The position numbers were made by a program, and so were the translations under genes. The notes beneath the pieces were generated by a model. The model was not told the DNA's origin. It saw only the letters and a program-made list of their open reading frames with translations, and ran no database searches. A stretch of 63,773 nt of DNA, filler included, from Octopus bimaculoides (taxonomy: Eukaryota), in assembly GCF_001194135.2 (NCBI RefSeq). It is 5 parts of 5 records of this genome, joined end to end, with 100 filler letters (N's around TTAATTAATTAA, not from the genome) between each part and the next. Parts side by side here need not be neighbours in the genome. Positions count along the whole stretch, not along the records: positions 20,855 to 50,368 come from NC_068981.1; positions 50,469 to 59,754 come from NC_068984.1; 3 more parts are not named here. One strand, given 5' to 3'. Position 1 is the first letter of the stretch, and the number at the start of each line of letters is the position of its first letter. This document shows, piece by piece, positions 37,532 through 50,892 of the stretch.

Positions 37532-38179
37532 TACAAGAGTAAGTAGGAGTAATCTGAGTGCAGCTGAAGATGGTGGTGATGAGGTGTCATGGTAGGTCCA
37601 GAAGCAGAACAGGAAGAATGGATGAATAGAAGTTGCATGAGTATATATATAGAGAGTGAAGGATTGTTAGGGGTACGGATATACTCAATGATAAACGAGG
37701 GACAAAGCATTTGGCACTGGGTGATAAATATGAGTTGAATGGAAGGTAGAGGAGAGTAGATGATAACTAGAGATTGGGTAAGGTAGTGGCATAGAGAAAT
37801 GGCAGCTAGCTATTTGCAGATAAGGAGACAGCAAGTAGGAGCTGCTGTAGGACTGGTGAAGAGAGTAAAATGGATGTCAGTTAGGAGTGACATAGAGGAG
37901 AGGGAGTACCAGCTAGCAATATACAGAGGGGGAGGTAATTTTGCTTGTAAATAGTTGTAGATGATATGGAAAGAGAGTGAGTGATGGACGTCAGTGGAAG
38001 AGTGACCTGAGGGAAAATAGATGGAGATGGTGGGCATCTGAAGAAGGTAAATGAGATGTGGGCCATCAGATACTGGAACATATATTGCAATCCCTCTCAA
38101 CTCAAGCAGCACATTATCAGAACAGCCTGTGAAAAGTCTGGGGAGATGGTAAGACGAGTCATTGAAATACACTAAACAA

Positions 38180-39390
38180 GTGAAAGAATCTGCTCAAACA
38201 GCAGATGAAGGTCTTAAGATTGACTGTTACCAATTGCTGGGGAAATAGAAAATGTGGCATCTCCAACATTTGCTTATACCAATGTCACTGTGGTCACCAC
38301 TCATGTATGAAATTGCCACAAGGTCAATTGAGGCAACAGAGGCAAAGATAACAAATTCATCAGGAAATTGTCACTTAAATCAATTGTAGAAGAATACAAA
38401 GCAGGGAAAATGAGACTGCAGATGTTAGAGTGCTTCAAAGACAGAGTGATCAGATCAGTACAGCCTGCCCTAAAAACTGGCAGGAAATGGAAGGTCCTAG
38501 AAGTCACATCAGATGCTAAAGAAAACTTGCTTTTAAAGATGTCTTTGGATTTATCCAGATAGGGAAACAAGGATTAGGTACAAGCAAAATGCAACAGTGG
38601 TCAAAGACTATGGATAGGAACTGTCAAGACTAGGTAATTCAGGAAGTAAGGAAAGGAGAGGACAAAAGCAGTAAAATGGTCTCAACAAGGACAGTGGATG
38701 AATTAGGATGAGTCATTGCAAAAATCGCTTACATGGAACAATGTGTGGAAGACGGCATCACTCAGGTTGAGCTTCATCATATGAGCCACACATGATCTGC
38801 TTTCATCAAAGACCCAACCTTATGAAATGGGGCAAAAAGAAGGATCCAAGCAGTCCTTTATGCAAGTACAAACCACTAACAATGAAGTATGTTCTTAGTG
38901 CCATAAAATGCTCTTGCCAAAGGAAAATACACATAGAGACACAACAGAAGAGCTAATTCAATCAATCAAGGGTCAGATGTAATTCTGATATTTGTAACAG
39001 AAAGGAAGAAGTGGTTTGGATCCAAAAAGATGTTTAGGAATGAAGTTTAGGTCAGACAAAATCTATTTGAACTTTAAGGGGAATGATAAATATTTGCAGA
39101 TGTCCCAGATTAGCATAAAGACTATTCACATTTCATCCATATGAAAGGACAAAGATCAGATATTATCCTATGATTGAAATCCGATGCCAGAATCATCTTG
39201 GTTGAGCTGAGAGTTCCTTATGATTATCAAGTAGATGAACAACATCAGTTTAAGATGAAGGTGACTTTGAGAATAAATTGATGAAAGGAGGGTACTGTTA
39301 CACAGTACAGACAATGTAAGCTGGCACATGAGGATTTGTTGCAGCTTCCATATGCCCACTACTAGGTCATCTTGGAATCAAAGGTCACAA
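38180..39390 (+). mobile_element. HERO-like (restriction-like endonuclease) non-LTR retrotransposon 3' fragment
   Basis: SIVEEYKAGKMRLQM...SVQPALKTGRKWKV, QQGQW...SLQKSLTWNNVWK...RLSFI and IILVELRVPY; heavily mutated. Confidence 0.75.
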
Positions 39391-40170
39391 AAGAACAGAT
39401 GTGAAGAAGTCAATGTGGCTGTGGGCATAGTGAAATGATAGCTAGAGCTGGAAAGGAATACTACAAGCTGTTAAACATAATAGGAAAGAAACCCAGTTTG
39501 ATTCACAGCATCAGTTCTTGCAGTGGTCATATCATGACCTAATGATATACACCACAATTCAAGGAAAGAAAATCACCTAAATGTTCTGAGTTCAATCCCC
39601 ACTAAAAGTGGCATTTCAAAAACAGTAAGACACCTAGGAGTCATGAACTTAAGAACTAATGGACCAAACACTTGCCTGACAAGAGTTCTTCCTCTGAAGA
39701 TTTCTTCTGCTATCTGCTCACCCCATAACTAGTCTAATTACTAAGAAAGAAAAATATGTGAGTGTGTGTGTGTGTGCTTGTTTTGTAAACAGTGAAAATG
39801 TCATTTCTCTTGTCAACAAATTGTCAACTAGCTTTGTAATATTGCATCTTGAAAGGCAAATAAAATAGGAGATCTCTTACTTGAAGACAATAAAGGATAG
39901 TGGGAGGAAAAGCATCTGGTTAATTCATGCCAGTATGGAAAAAATAAACAGAAGGAACACACACACACACACACATATATAAGACTTCTGCATATTTTTC
40001 TGTTTATAAATTTTCACTTACAAGTCATTAGTGCACCTATGCAGATGAACCCAGATCATGTGGTTGTGATGCAAATCTCTCAACAATATAGCCAGTGAAT
40101 CAAATTTTTTTGTTTTCATATTTTCTCAGACTTCAATTGAAGTAAATTATTTATGATAAGGCTTACTTAC

Positions 40171-40307
40171 CAGCCAGATATACCACCAACCACAGTCTGC
40201 TTAGCTACAGACAATTTAGAAACATCACGAAATATATTTTCTAGCCAACGTTTGTCTGCTGTGTACGTAGTAATATCCAATATTTCAGGAGCATCAGAAT
40301 CTGCCAT
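40171..40307 (-). CDS. FUNDC1: FUNDC1-like first coding exon
   Basis: Acceptor TTTTGCTAG at 40321-22, 13-nt UTR containing an in-frame TGA, then MADSDAPEILDITTYTADKRWLENIFRDVSKLSVAKQTVVGGISG(W)|GTAAGT. Spliced CDS totals 136 aa with all phases compatible. Confidence 0.95.
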
Positions 40308-40743
40308 GCTTCAGAATTTGCTAGCAAAATATAAAGTTAAGATAAAGATTCAATAAATATGTTTTAATGGTGCGTACTGAAATATTAATACCATAACATT
40401 TTACTTTCTAATTTCAATATAAAATGGTTTGATTTGAATAATAATTAAAAGCATTTTGTAAGTAAAGTCACTGTTATATTATTCTATTTTCTTTACTGTA
40501 TTTGTTTTCAAAATTCACTTGGCAGAGGAAGATTGCTGCTCATGACCTCTGCAGGCCTTCAGATTAATGAGGTCAATATGGTTGGTATTCCCTTTAGGAA
40601 AAATTTCCCAGAGTCTAGTAGTTCTTTGGTAGGAAGGAGTTTGGGAAGTGCTATACACTGCTTTGTTTCAATTAAATTTGAAAAGAATGAAAAATGTAGT
40701 GAAACAATTTTTACATTAATTAATCTGCTGTTTGGAACATTAA

Positions 40744-41471
40744 CCCTTTAGCATTCAGATTACTCTATCAAATGTAATGCTTATTTGTTCACAGTGTTTT
40801 AAATTAATCATACATTGTCTCATAGTTATCAAGATGTGTTTGTTTATTTTCAGAAAGACGTTGTAGACTAGATGTGTGAGGCCAGATCTGGCTGGTTTGA
40901 ACATAGAACAAGAAGAATATTTGGGCTGGATGTAAGCCAGTTTAAATACTAAAGGGTTGAAATTTCAATTTAGATCACTTTGAAACAAGTTGTTTGTATC
41001 ATAGAAACAAGGGTAGTCTCAGGTGGGTTCATATCAAAAGGGTTAAATCTTAGTTATATCTATCTTTTCTTACTCACAAGGTCACTAAAATTTTATATCC
41101 CTTCTTACAAAATTGGCCTTTTACCTAAGGAATCCAATATTTAAACAATCATCTTTCAATGTCCATTCTCCATGATGGCTTGAGAGGAATTGGCCAGCTG
41201 AAACAGCTGCCCAGGCTCCATTTGTCTGTTTTGGCATGGTTTCTACAGCTGGATGTTCTTAACCCTTTAACATTTAAACCGGTCATATCTGACCCAGATA
41301 TTCTACCTATTTTATGTTCAAAACGGCCAGATCTGGCCTCTCACACCTACAATGTCATTCTATAAACAATCAGATCGTCAAAATCTCAAAGCTCTAAAAC
41401 AATGCGTGATTATTTCGTAACAATGTAAATGAATAAACATTATATTTGATAGAGTAATCTGAATGTTAAAG
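40744..41471. mobile_element. Two oppositely oriented TTAA-type MITEs (40744-40956, 41263-41471); the second interrupts an RTE-tail repeat
   Basis: TTAA|CCCTTTAGCATTCAGATT...AAATACTAAAGGG and TTAA|CCCTTTAACATTTAAACC...GAATGTTAAAG. Confidence 0.75.
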
Positions 41472-42365
41472 TAAATGCTTATTCATCATATTAGTTTTCC
41501 ATATCAGCAACATCTAAATGGGTCAGAAAACTTTTAATGATAAATTATTGAAGCACAAGTTTTCAAAGCTTTTCTATATGTAACAATCCACATCAAGAAG
41601 TACTAAGTTTACATTGACAAAAACTTTATACTCCATGGAATACTCTGCTAATAAAACTTATGTATTTCTCCCCCATCTTCAATTCTTTTATATGCATTTA
41701 AGAGAGTCTTCCTTGATCTAGTTCTTCAACACTTTTTAAAATCAAATTTTAATGTTTCAGTTCTTATATGGATATCAACAAATCTCTGAATGGGAATACT
41801 AAATCTAAATATCAAATGAAGCTTGTTTAGCTACAGATAAGCCCTGGCCTAGCACACCTATTGTCAATGGTAGTCCAGCTATGACAACTCAATCCTTTTT
41901 CTACATGCAGGGAACCAAAGATCACATTATCCAATGTGTCTGTTTCTAAGATGGTGTAAGTATAATGTAAGGGAAATTTGGTTACTTCTAGCAAGTTGAG
42001 CAGCCATGTAGAAACTCCTTCATGATTCACTTGTGATTATGAAGCATTCTCAAATTCATTGAGTTCTAAAATAAATTCCTCCTTTAACATCATTGTATAG
42101 TAGTGACAAATAATGGTAAAAATTATTCACAGAAGAATGAAAAAGTTATGTCCAAAAAAATCTAAATTCATTAGCATTCACAAATCTATGATATTTGGTA
42201 CTACAAATATATCAGTGAATTTATGATTTCATTGCATGTCTGTCAAAACTGAAGTAAAATCTAACTGGACTAATCAAATGGAATTTTAAAATATTTGTAT
42301 CATACATTATCATATGAATAAGCTGAAAATTAATAGAAACAAAGAAAATAGGTAACAATAAAAAT

Positions 42366-43446
42366 TATACAATATGTACCCGGTGCAAGCTATGGACACA
42401 TAAGAGGTGCAGCAACATCAAAGGCAGGTTAACTAGCAAGTTAGTTTTTGTTTGTGGCAGATGTTCAGGTGCAATAAAGACAGTAAACAAACAGGAAACA
42501 ACTTCTATCTCATTCCAGGGTGAAAAACTAGAGGTAGTCGATAGCTTCCTCTATCTGGGCGACCAAGTTAGTAGTGGGGGTGGGTGCACTGAAAGTGTAG
42601 CTGCTAGAATAAGAATAGCCTGGGCAAAGTTTAGAGAGCTCTTACCCCTGCTGGCGACAAAGGGACTCTCACTCAGAGTAAAAGGCAGACTGTATGACGC
42701 ATGCGTACGAACAGCCATGCTACATNNNNNNNNNNNNNNNNNNNNNNNNNNNNNNNNNNNNNNNNNNNNNNNNNNNNNNNNNNNNNNNNNNNNNNNNNNN
42801 NNNNNNNNNNNNNNNNNNNNNNNNNNNNNNNNNNNNNNNNNNNNNNNNNNNNNNNNNNNNNNNNNNNNNNNNNNNNNNNNNNNNNNNNNNNNNNNNNNNN
42901 NNNNNNNNNNNNNNNNNNNNNNNNNNNNNNNNNNNNNNNNNNNNNNNNNNNNNNNNNNNNNNNNNNNNNNNNNNNNNNNNNNNNNNNNNNNNNNNNNNNN
43001 NNNNNNNNNNNNNNNNNNNNNNNNNNNNNNNNNNNNNNNNNNNNNNNNNNNNNNNNNNNNNNNNNNNNNNNNNNNNNNNNNNNNNNNNNNNNNNNNNNNN
43101 NNNNNNNNNNNNNNNNNNNNNNNNNNNNNNNNNNNNNNNNNNNNNNNNNNNNNNNNNNNNNNNNNNNNNNNNNNNNNNNNNNNNNNNNNNNNNNNNNNNN
43201 NNNNNNNNNNNNNNNNNNNGGCACATAAAAGACACCATTTCGAGCGTGGCCGTTTTCGTGCGGGTGACACGTAAAAGCACCCACTACACTCTCTGAGTGG
43301 TTGGCGTTAGGAAGGGCATCCAGCTGTAAAAACTCTGCCAAATTAGATTGGAGCCTGGTGTTGCCATCTGGTTTCACCAGTCCTCAGTCAAATCGTCCAA
43401 CCCATGCTAGCATGGAAAGCGGACGTTAAACGATGATGATGATGAT
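42366..43446 (+). mobile_element. RTE LINE 3' portion spanning an N-gap
   Basis: FVCGRCSG...GEKLEVVDSFLYLGDQVSSGGGCTESVAARIRIAWAKFRELLPLL...KGRLYDACVRTAMLH, then 3' tail with (GAT)n. Confidence 0.92.
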
Positions 43447-45633
43447 ACAATTGATGAAGTAGACAACCATTATGGATACATTAGTAAAAGGAAAATCAGA
43501 GGCTTAGTTAATATGTACAAAGTGACTTTAACATTTCAGAGGGAACAAACTGGAATACAGACAACCATTTAAGTTAGCAGTAACTCAGGATAAAATTGAT
43601 AGAAAATTAAAAAGATTCTTTTTTCATACTATGGAAAACATCACTAATGCTGGTGACATAATAAAGACAACCAGTCTATGCTGTAATGTGGTTGGTGATA
43701 TGCACATACAATTGTAAAACTAATCTCCCCACTCACAAAAGAGATGACATACACAAAATTTTCAATGGAAAGTATTTAAAGTAAATGTGAAAATGGTGAG
43801 ATTTAATCTTAGCATGAAATAACTGACATAAGTTTTGAGTATGACAATGATCTCTACGAATTCAATAAAAGTATCAGATATGTATATAGTCTTTAGCTAT
43901 TTACACACCTGCTGTTGTCATCTCTGTTTTTAATGTACTAAAATTTGTACACATTTTTGGGCTGCATCAGAGAGAATATGTTAACTACAGTTTAACTCTT
44001 TCATGGCCATATTTTTGTGACGAGTTTGGATAAGTTTAGTACAAATAAGTTTTTCATTAGTGGTAGACATCAGATTAATTTTTGTACATAACAAAAAGGC
44101 AAATACAGGAAATTTATGTTCGAAGAGTTTTGTTTAAATGAGCAGGTGATTTTTGTATTCAAGAACCAGTAATAGTCTCAGATAAGTTGGTATCAAAAAG
44201 GTTAAACGTTTCTTAACTGTCCTTCCTCTAACAGCTATTTAGCAGTTTTTGTACCCAGCATTTAGCATCCATTCACATTAATACTAGTGCAAGCATCTCT
44301 CCTACATACATTGAAGCTTTTAATGCTTAACTAGTCGCTGTCTTATTTTTCTTAGTTAACTTGTGCTCTGCCATTCTTGCAAGTGAACATTACATAGCCA
44401 ACATACATTGCCTAATAGCTTTATTCCCCAGTAACTTTCTTAGTTCACTTGTGCTTGCCTCTGCAGAATCAATGCACCTATCTCATCACCATGAAGTATT
44501 ACACTTTTCAAACATATTGATTTTACACGTCTGCTTTGGAGACAAACTCTTTGTTGCCAACAGTGCAGACTACTAAGCATATTAACTATTACGATTCTTA
44601 ACACTGGGATGTCTAGACTAGAGTTTGTAAACATTAACCGAGAGGTCTATAAGTAAAAAATGGTTGAGAACCATTCGGTTACAAGTCTTTAAGACATTGC
44701 TTCAGTTTAAGTCACTTTCCCTGTGGTTTATGTAAGGGTGTACAGGTCATACTTCTTAGACATTTCTAATAAAGTAATCTATTATTCTTTATCTGAATGC
44801 ATAAAAATAACATTTATAGAAATAGTTTTAAGAGGAAATAAAGGGTTACGTATAAACAAAATAAATTATATCATGCTAGTGAGCAACTTTGATAATTCGG
44901 CAGTGTAATCCACAAATTTAACACCATGTGTATATAAATACATTACTGAAGGAGTGCAAGTTGAATAATTGTAGAGGGAAATGTGACAACTACTTTGATT
45001 CATCTCAGGTCTTGTGTTGCGACGAAAACTATTGTACTGCGGTAGAATCATTATAGTCGTTAAAAATAGCCATACGCTTATTTATATTCATTTCCAGTTT
45101 TTATTTTTCTGACAGTAAATAATTAAAAACTAGGGTATTAGTGATTGTTATGTAAGAGACTTTTAATACGCAATAATACACATTGTTAAGATTAAAAGTA
45201 ATAAGGTGAATAAAAATGAAAGTAAATTCGTTACTAGTAACAGAAGCAGTATTGGTTCGGAATAGTATTCTGTACATCTTACTTAACGTGAATTGAATAA
45301 AGCCACAAAACTGTAGTATTTGTCTTGAGAAAGTAATTTTTTTCAAATAGTTATAATCACTCAACCGTAAAGCAAGTGTAAGATAAAGATGATCGTTATT
45401 CTCCACAATCACAAAGAAAAAAGAAAGAACTTTTGAGAGAAAGTGACCCCAGAGAAAATATGGGCATAATGACATCATGTGAAAATGATGAATGAAATTT
45501 TGGAGGTTGGTTAAAGAAAAAAAAAATAAATGAAAAAAATCAAATGGATGAGAGTCACCCATCTATATTGATGATAAAGCATCAAAATTGTTTGCTAGAG
45601 TGGATTAATAAAATATATCCAAAGTATACTTAC

Positions 45634-45790
45634 GAGGTACAAAACAGCTTGTAAAATTAACACTAAACAAGGAAGCAAAAAAAATAATAAACAAAGCTAC
45701 TTCTAGTTGGGTTTCCTAATATCTCAACATTCCGCAACTGAAATAAGTTACAATCCTAATTAAACTTAAAACGATGTTTCGTTAGTTTTG
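45634..45790 (-). other. FUNDC1: Probable non-coding first exon of FUNDC1
   Basis: Strong minus-strand donor CTC|GTAAGTAT at 45633, directly downstream of promoter-like motifs. The link to FUNDC1 is inferred. Confidence 0.5.
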
Positions 45791-45830
45791 AATTACTTCC
45801 GGTTTAAGTAACAATGCGCATGCTTACTAT
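45790..45830. promoter_or_regulatory. Candidate FUNDC1 promoter
   Basis: ETS/GABP-like ACTTCCGGT (45795-45803) and NRF1-like TGCGCATGC (45815-45823), a pairing typical of nuclear genes for mitochondrial proteins. Confidence 0.55.
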
Positions 45831-48800
45831 AATACATGTACATTACACAGTAAAATGACAAGTGCTTTTTTCTTTTTTTTTTAATTTACACAACACAATT
45901 CTACAAGAAAACCGAATCGAGAAAATACTTTGCAAAAACATAAAGAAGCATAGGAATTGCTTTTCTACAAAAATAACGAAAAAATTACTTGACTTTAAAT
46001 GTATTCGTTACATGTATTTGAAAGCGTTAACTAAAGTGAAACCTTGATATCCTTTCCGGGGCTAATGCAATTTCGCACCTCTCCTTGAAAAATGCATTTT
46101 TTTGAAGAATTTTTTTCCAGATTTCTACGTTTAAGATGTCGGAGATTATGAATATGCAAAAATATATATTTTTTTAAATTTCACCTCCTATCTCCACCCC
46201 CCCATTAAAATTTTTGATTTTGTTTACTTTAAAAAGATCGTAGCGAATTGACGAACATGTGCAAATCGAAATTAAATACAAAAACATTAAAGTGAAAAGA
46301 ATATGCGTTTTACTTGTTTTTACCTTAAATAATCGTAAATAATAATGTAAATTAAATATACACATCTCCATACTCGATTTAGCTCTCATAATGGAACAAT
46401 TTCACAAAATTGAGCATTGAAATTTTTCTCTGATATTCAAACGTCAATGGTTACAATGCATTACTGAAATTAGCAAACATATCGTCCTATTTTACATCCT
46501 ATNNNNNNNNNNNNNNNNNNNNNNNNNNNNNNNNNNNNNNNNNAATAATAACCGACACTACGCCGGGAAGAAAAACGTGAAGGTCATGACAAATACACTT
46601 TCATTATAAGTTTGTTCGAACCACACAATTCTTCAATTAATGACAGTTTGTATAAACGGCGAGTTGACAACAAAAGCATCTTTTGATCAAAGATTTGCTC
46701 GATCGAGTCTGCCCTAGTGTCAAATCAGCACGGGCCACTAATTATTTGCTTAAGTCGAGGAACAACTGAATTCTTTTATTTCTGACACTTAAGTCTGTAA
46801 ATTAATAAACTTGGTTTGCCACTTTGAAATGAATTAATTAAAAAGGGACAAATGGTATTTTTTAAAAATGTTACACAAAAACAAGGGTTAAAAAATGAGC
46901 AACATAAAAAAATAGAAAATCTAGAATATGATACGATGAAAGATAGTGACTAGGTATGCAGTTGGAGCTGATGCTTGAAGAGTATTTAGGCAAAATTACT
47001 TAACTTTTTTGTTAAGTAATTTTGCCTAAATCTAGAAAATAATCTGTACATATTTCACAAACAATTAAGAATATTAAATGCCAATCAAAAAACAAAAAAA
47101 CTTACAGCTTTTAGAAGCCAAAATATGAGTGTCTTCTCCAATGTTGATGCAATTCAGACTTGTTTCGCTGCCAATATGTGCTAAGAACAAACGAAGGTTA
47201 TGAGAAACATGGCCTTGATTTTTTTCTTCGAAAAGTTGGGCATCAGCTGAAACTTTCGATATGAACCAAGGGGGAGAATTAGTAGTTAGAGATACTACTT
47301 TAATATCATGACGAAGCAGCAAGAAATTCTTGGTTTTCGACTCCGATTAGCCCGGATCTAGTAATCTCACGACCATAGGCATTCTGGTCATGACAATCGA
47401 GTCTTTTACTTATATGTTGAGAACCCAGAAACACATTACCCAACGGATAATGTAGCTCAGGATTCTTTGCTCAAAAGAAAACAGTTTACTTAAAATTAAA
47501 CTCCTACTCAAATTATAACATATTTTAAAATTTTTAACGAATTATTTATTGAATTATACACAGATATGACAATTTCACTTTCGCACATATCAAAATTGCT
47601 TTTTTAAGAAGCTAAGGTTTAAGGAAAATTTGGCTGGTATTTCTAGCATATGAAGCCTTTACACACCGGTTGGCTTCTGAAACAAGTCTTCTCCCTCAAT
47701 AGTGGCGATTGCTGCGAAGGAGGAGACGGAAGCTATCAATTCCAAATGGTTAATACATACGTATTATATATGTAATTATCAAATTATCTAAAAAAAAAAA
47801 AAATTTAATTTTTAATCGTTAAAACTTCAGGACGGTTAATATAAAGATCTTCACCCGTTAACAAANNNNNNNNNNNNNNNNNNNNNNNNNNNNNNNNNNN
47901 NNNNNNNNNNNNNNNNNNNNNNNNNNNNNNNNNNNNNNNNNNNNNNNNNNNNNNNNNNNNNNNNNNNNNNNNNNNNNNNNNNNNNNNNNNNNNNNNNNNN
48001 NNNNNNNNNNNNNNNNNNNNNNNNNNNNNNNNNNNNNNNNNNNNNNNNNNNNNNNNNNNNNNNNNNNNNNNNNNNNNNNNNNNNNNNNNNNNNNNNNNNN
48101 NNNNNNNNNNNNNNNNNNNNNNNNNNNNNNNNNNNNNNNNNNNNNNNNNNNNNNNNNNNNNNNNNNNNNNNNNNNNNNNNNNNNNNNNNNNNNNNNNNNN
48201 NNNNNNNNNNNNNNNNNNNNNNNNNNNNNNNNNNNNNNNNNNNNNNNNNNNNNNNNNNNNNNNNNNNNNNNNNNNNNNNNNNNNNNNNNNNNNNNNNNNN
48301 NNNNNNNNNNNNNNNNNNNNNNNNNNNNNNNNNNNNNNNNNNNNNNNNNNNNNNNNNNNNNNNNNNNNNNNNNNNNNNNNNNNNNNNNNNNNNNNNNNNN
48401 NNNNNNNNNNNNNNNNNNNNNNNNNNNNNNNNNNNNNNNNNNNNNNNNNNNNNNNNNNNNNNNNNNNNNNNNNNNNNNNNNNNNNNNNNNNNNNNNNNNN
48501 NNNNNNNNNNNNNNNNNNNNNNNNNNNNNNNNNNNNNNNNNNNNNNNNNNNNNNNNNNNNNNNNNNNNNNNNNNNNNNNNNNNNNNNNNNNNNNNNNNNN
48601 NNNNNNNNNNNNNNNNNNNNNNNNNNNNNNNNNNNNNNNNNNNNNNNNNNNNNNNNNNNNNNNNNNNNNNNNNNNNNNNNNNNNNNNNNNNNNNNNNNNN
48701 NNNNNNNNNNNNNNNNNNNNNNNNNNNNNNNNNNNNNNNNNNNNNNNNNNNNNNNNNNNNNNNNNNNNNNNNNNNNNNNNNNNNNNNNNNNNNNNTTTTT

Positions 48801-49379
48801 GTGTTAACAGGTGGAGATCTTTATATTGATCTTCAGTACTTACTTTCTTTATGAACTTACCTTATTTCGAATATTTTATCAAGACTTGTTCTGGTCAAAA
48901 ACAGTAAGACTGAATGCCAAAAGTAATACTACATTTTTTTTATATATCTTCTCCCCGCCACGGTTGTGTCTCTCTCTTTCCTTGCTGGCATTTCCTCGCA
49001 TTTCACATGTGAGTTCTCTTATGTTATATTATATATTTTGTGTCGACCGTGCGACGCGTTAAAAGGAGCCTGTTCCATTCATCACCATCTCCTTGGTTCA
49101 CACGGTCGTTTTTACACTATCTTTGATTATCATTGACAATGTTGGAGCTGAATATTATAAAACTAAAAGAGCAGCATCAACCACAAGACTCACATTAATT
49201 AAAATAGCACTAAAGTTGTATCTTGCTTTTAGTAAATAAGTCCTTGTTTATTTGTGACTTATTTTATAAGTTAACATTAATTTTCCATAGAATTTAGTTG
49301 TTAAAGTTTATGTGTTTTATAAATTAGTTATACTTTTATAATATTCTTATACAATATTAATATTTAATTATAAAAATGC

Positions 49380-49476
49380 AATAGCATTTTTTAAATATTG
49401 AAAGCTATGGGGATCCACCAAAGTAAAATAGGAATCAAAGGAGTCCATAAGTAAAACAGTGGTTGAGAACCACTGT
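49380..49476. mobile_element. hAT-type MITE end
   Basis: Ends GGTTGAGAACCACTG (reverse complement CAGTGGTTCTCAACC); a related end lies near 44622. Confidence 0.5.
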
Positions 49477-50468
49477 ATTAACTGATGGCAAAACTCTGGA
49501 GGGTTTTGCCATGACTTTTGAGCTCTATCTATTAAATCTGTTCATCCACTCAGTATCAAGTGATATTCACCATCGATTCAGTAAAATTCATTTGCCAAAA
49601 TATTCAAATCCACCGTGCTGCATCCCATGACTTAAATGTACCCTGGCTTGGGTAGTAACATGTATTTTATCCATAGCTGGGATTCTGACAGATGATACTG
49701 CTCCTGGTCAGAGCAAACCTGGGAACAATAGGTATCTGTTCATGTCACATCTCTTGATTGGGACATCTGGCATGGAGGAGTTGCATTGGGCTGAGCAAGT
49801 TGCTTGACTGGATTGAATGATTGATTGATTGACTGATTGATATTGATCAGTTGAAGGTTTACTAGAAAACTTTTTCCACTAGTATACTCTATTTGAGACA
49901 TCATTAACAAAAGTGGTATAAGTAAAAGGTAGTACATTGAGCAACTGGTTTTCATAATTAAACAAAAAAGTCTCTGTGTAGTTGTTTGGCCTGCTAGAAA
50001 CAGCAACTAGATTAACCTGAAATTACACAATACTATCTTGTAGAGGGTAAACATATTAAATAATGTAATGTTAGGGTTAAAGAACAATAGAGAGCCATGT
50101 GATCCCAACAATGGTCCTTTCTAAAAGCACCAGAAATGATTTTCTACCTAATAGTCATACTATTGCCATACAAAGAAAATATAACAATAATCTTAAAGGA
50201 GATGAACTATACCAGCTCTTGTGGTGTGATGGAGGAAAAAAGACAACAAGAAGCAAAAGGACAGAATGAAACGTTGGACCTTACCTTGTCGACCGCAGCG
50301 GAGTAAACGATCGCTCCTGATCAGAACACGTCTTTCTCGTAACCTCTCTGTTTTCTGACTGACTCGATNNNNNNNNNNNNNNNNNNNNNNNNNNNNNNNN
50401 NNNNNNNNNNNNTTAATTAATTAANNNNNNNNNNNNNNNNNNNNNNNNNNNNNNNNNNNNNNNNNNNN

Positions 50469-50516
<48 letters not shown>

Positions 50517-50748
50517 GCACACGGATATATGTGTACCAATACACGGAGACAGAGATGTATGTGTTTAGATACATACTAACACACGAACACACAAAGGCTC
50601 AAACATAAATACACACTAATGCATACACTTTATAATCGGAATTTTTGTTGCTTCTCTGGTAGCAAAGATTCCTGCTAACAAACAGAATTTTTTCCCCAGA
50701 ATTCAACATATGAATCATACACCACCATACCACCATTAACGAAGACAT

Positions 50749-50800
<52 letters not shown>

Positions 50801-50892
50801 AGGAGAGAAAGAATCGTGTGTGTGTGTACACCGATAGAAATATGTTTAAACACAATTACAGATATATATATATATATATAAATATAAATACA

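Noticed and set aside
40552-40585. 7-bp stem TGACCTC/GAGGTCA in FUNDC1 intron 1
   Set aside because: No C/D or H/ACA boxes; a hairpin this short is expected by chance.
45101-45562. 153-aa minus-strand hydrophobic ORF near the FUNDC1 promoter
   Set aside because: Derived from T-rich low-complexity sequence with no recognisable domain; at most part of it (45400-45283) is an alternative UTR exon.
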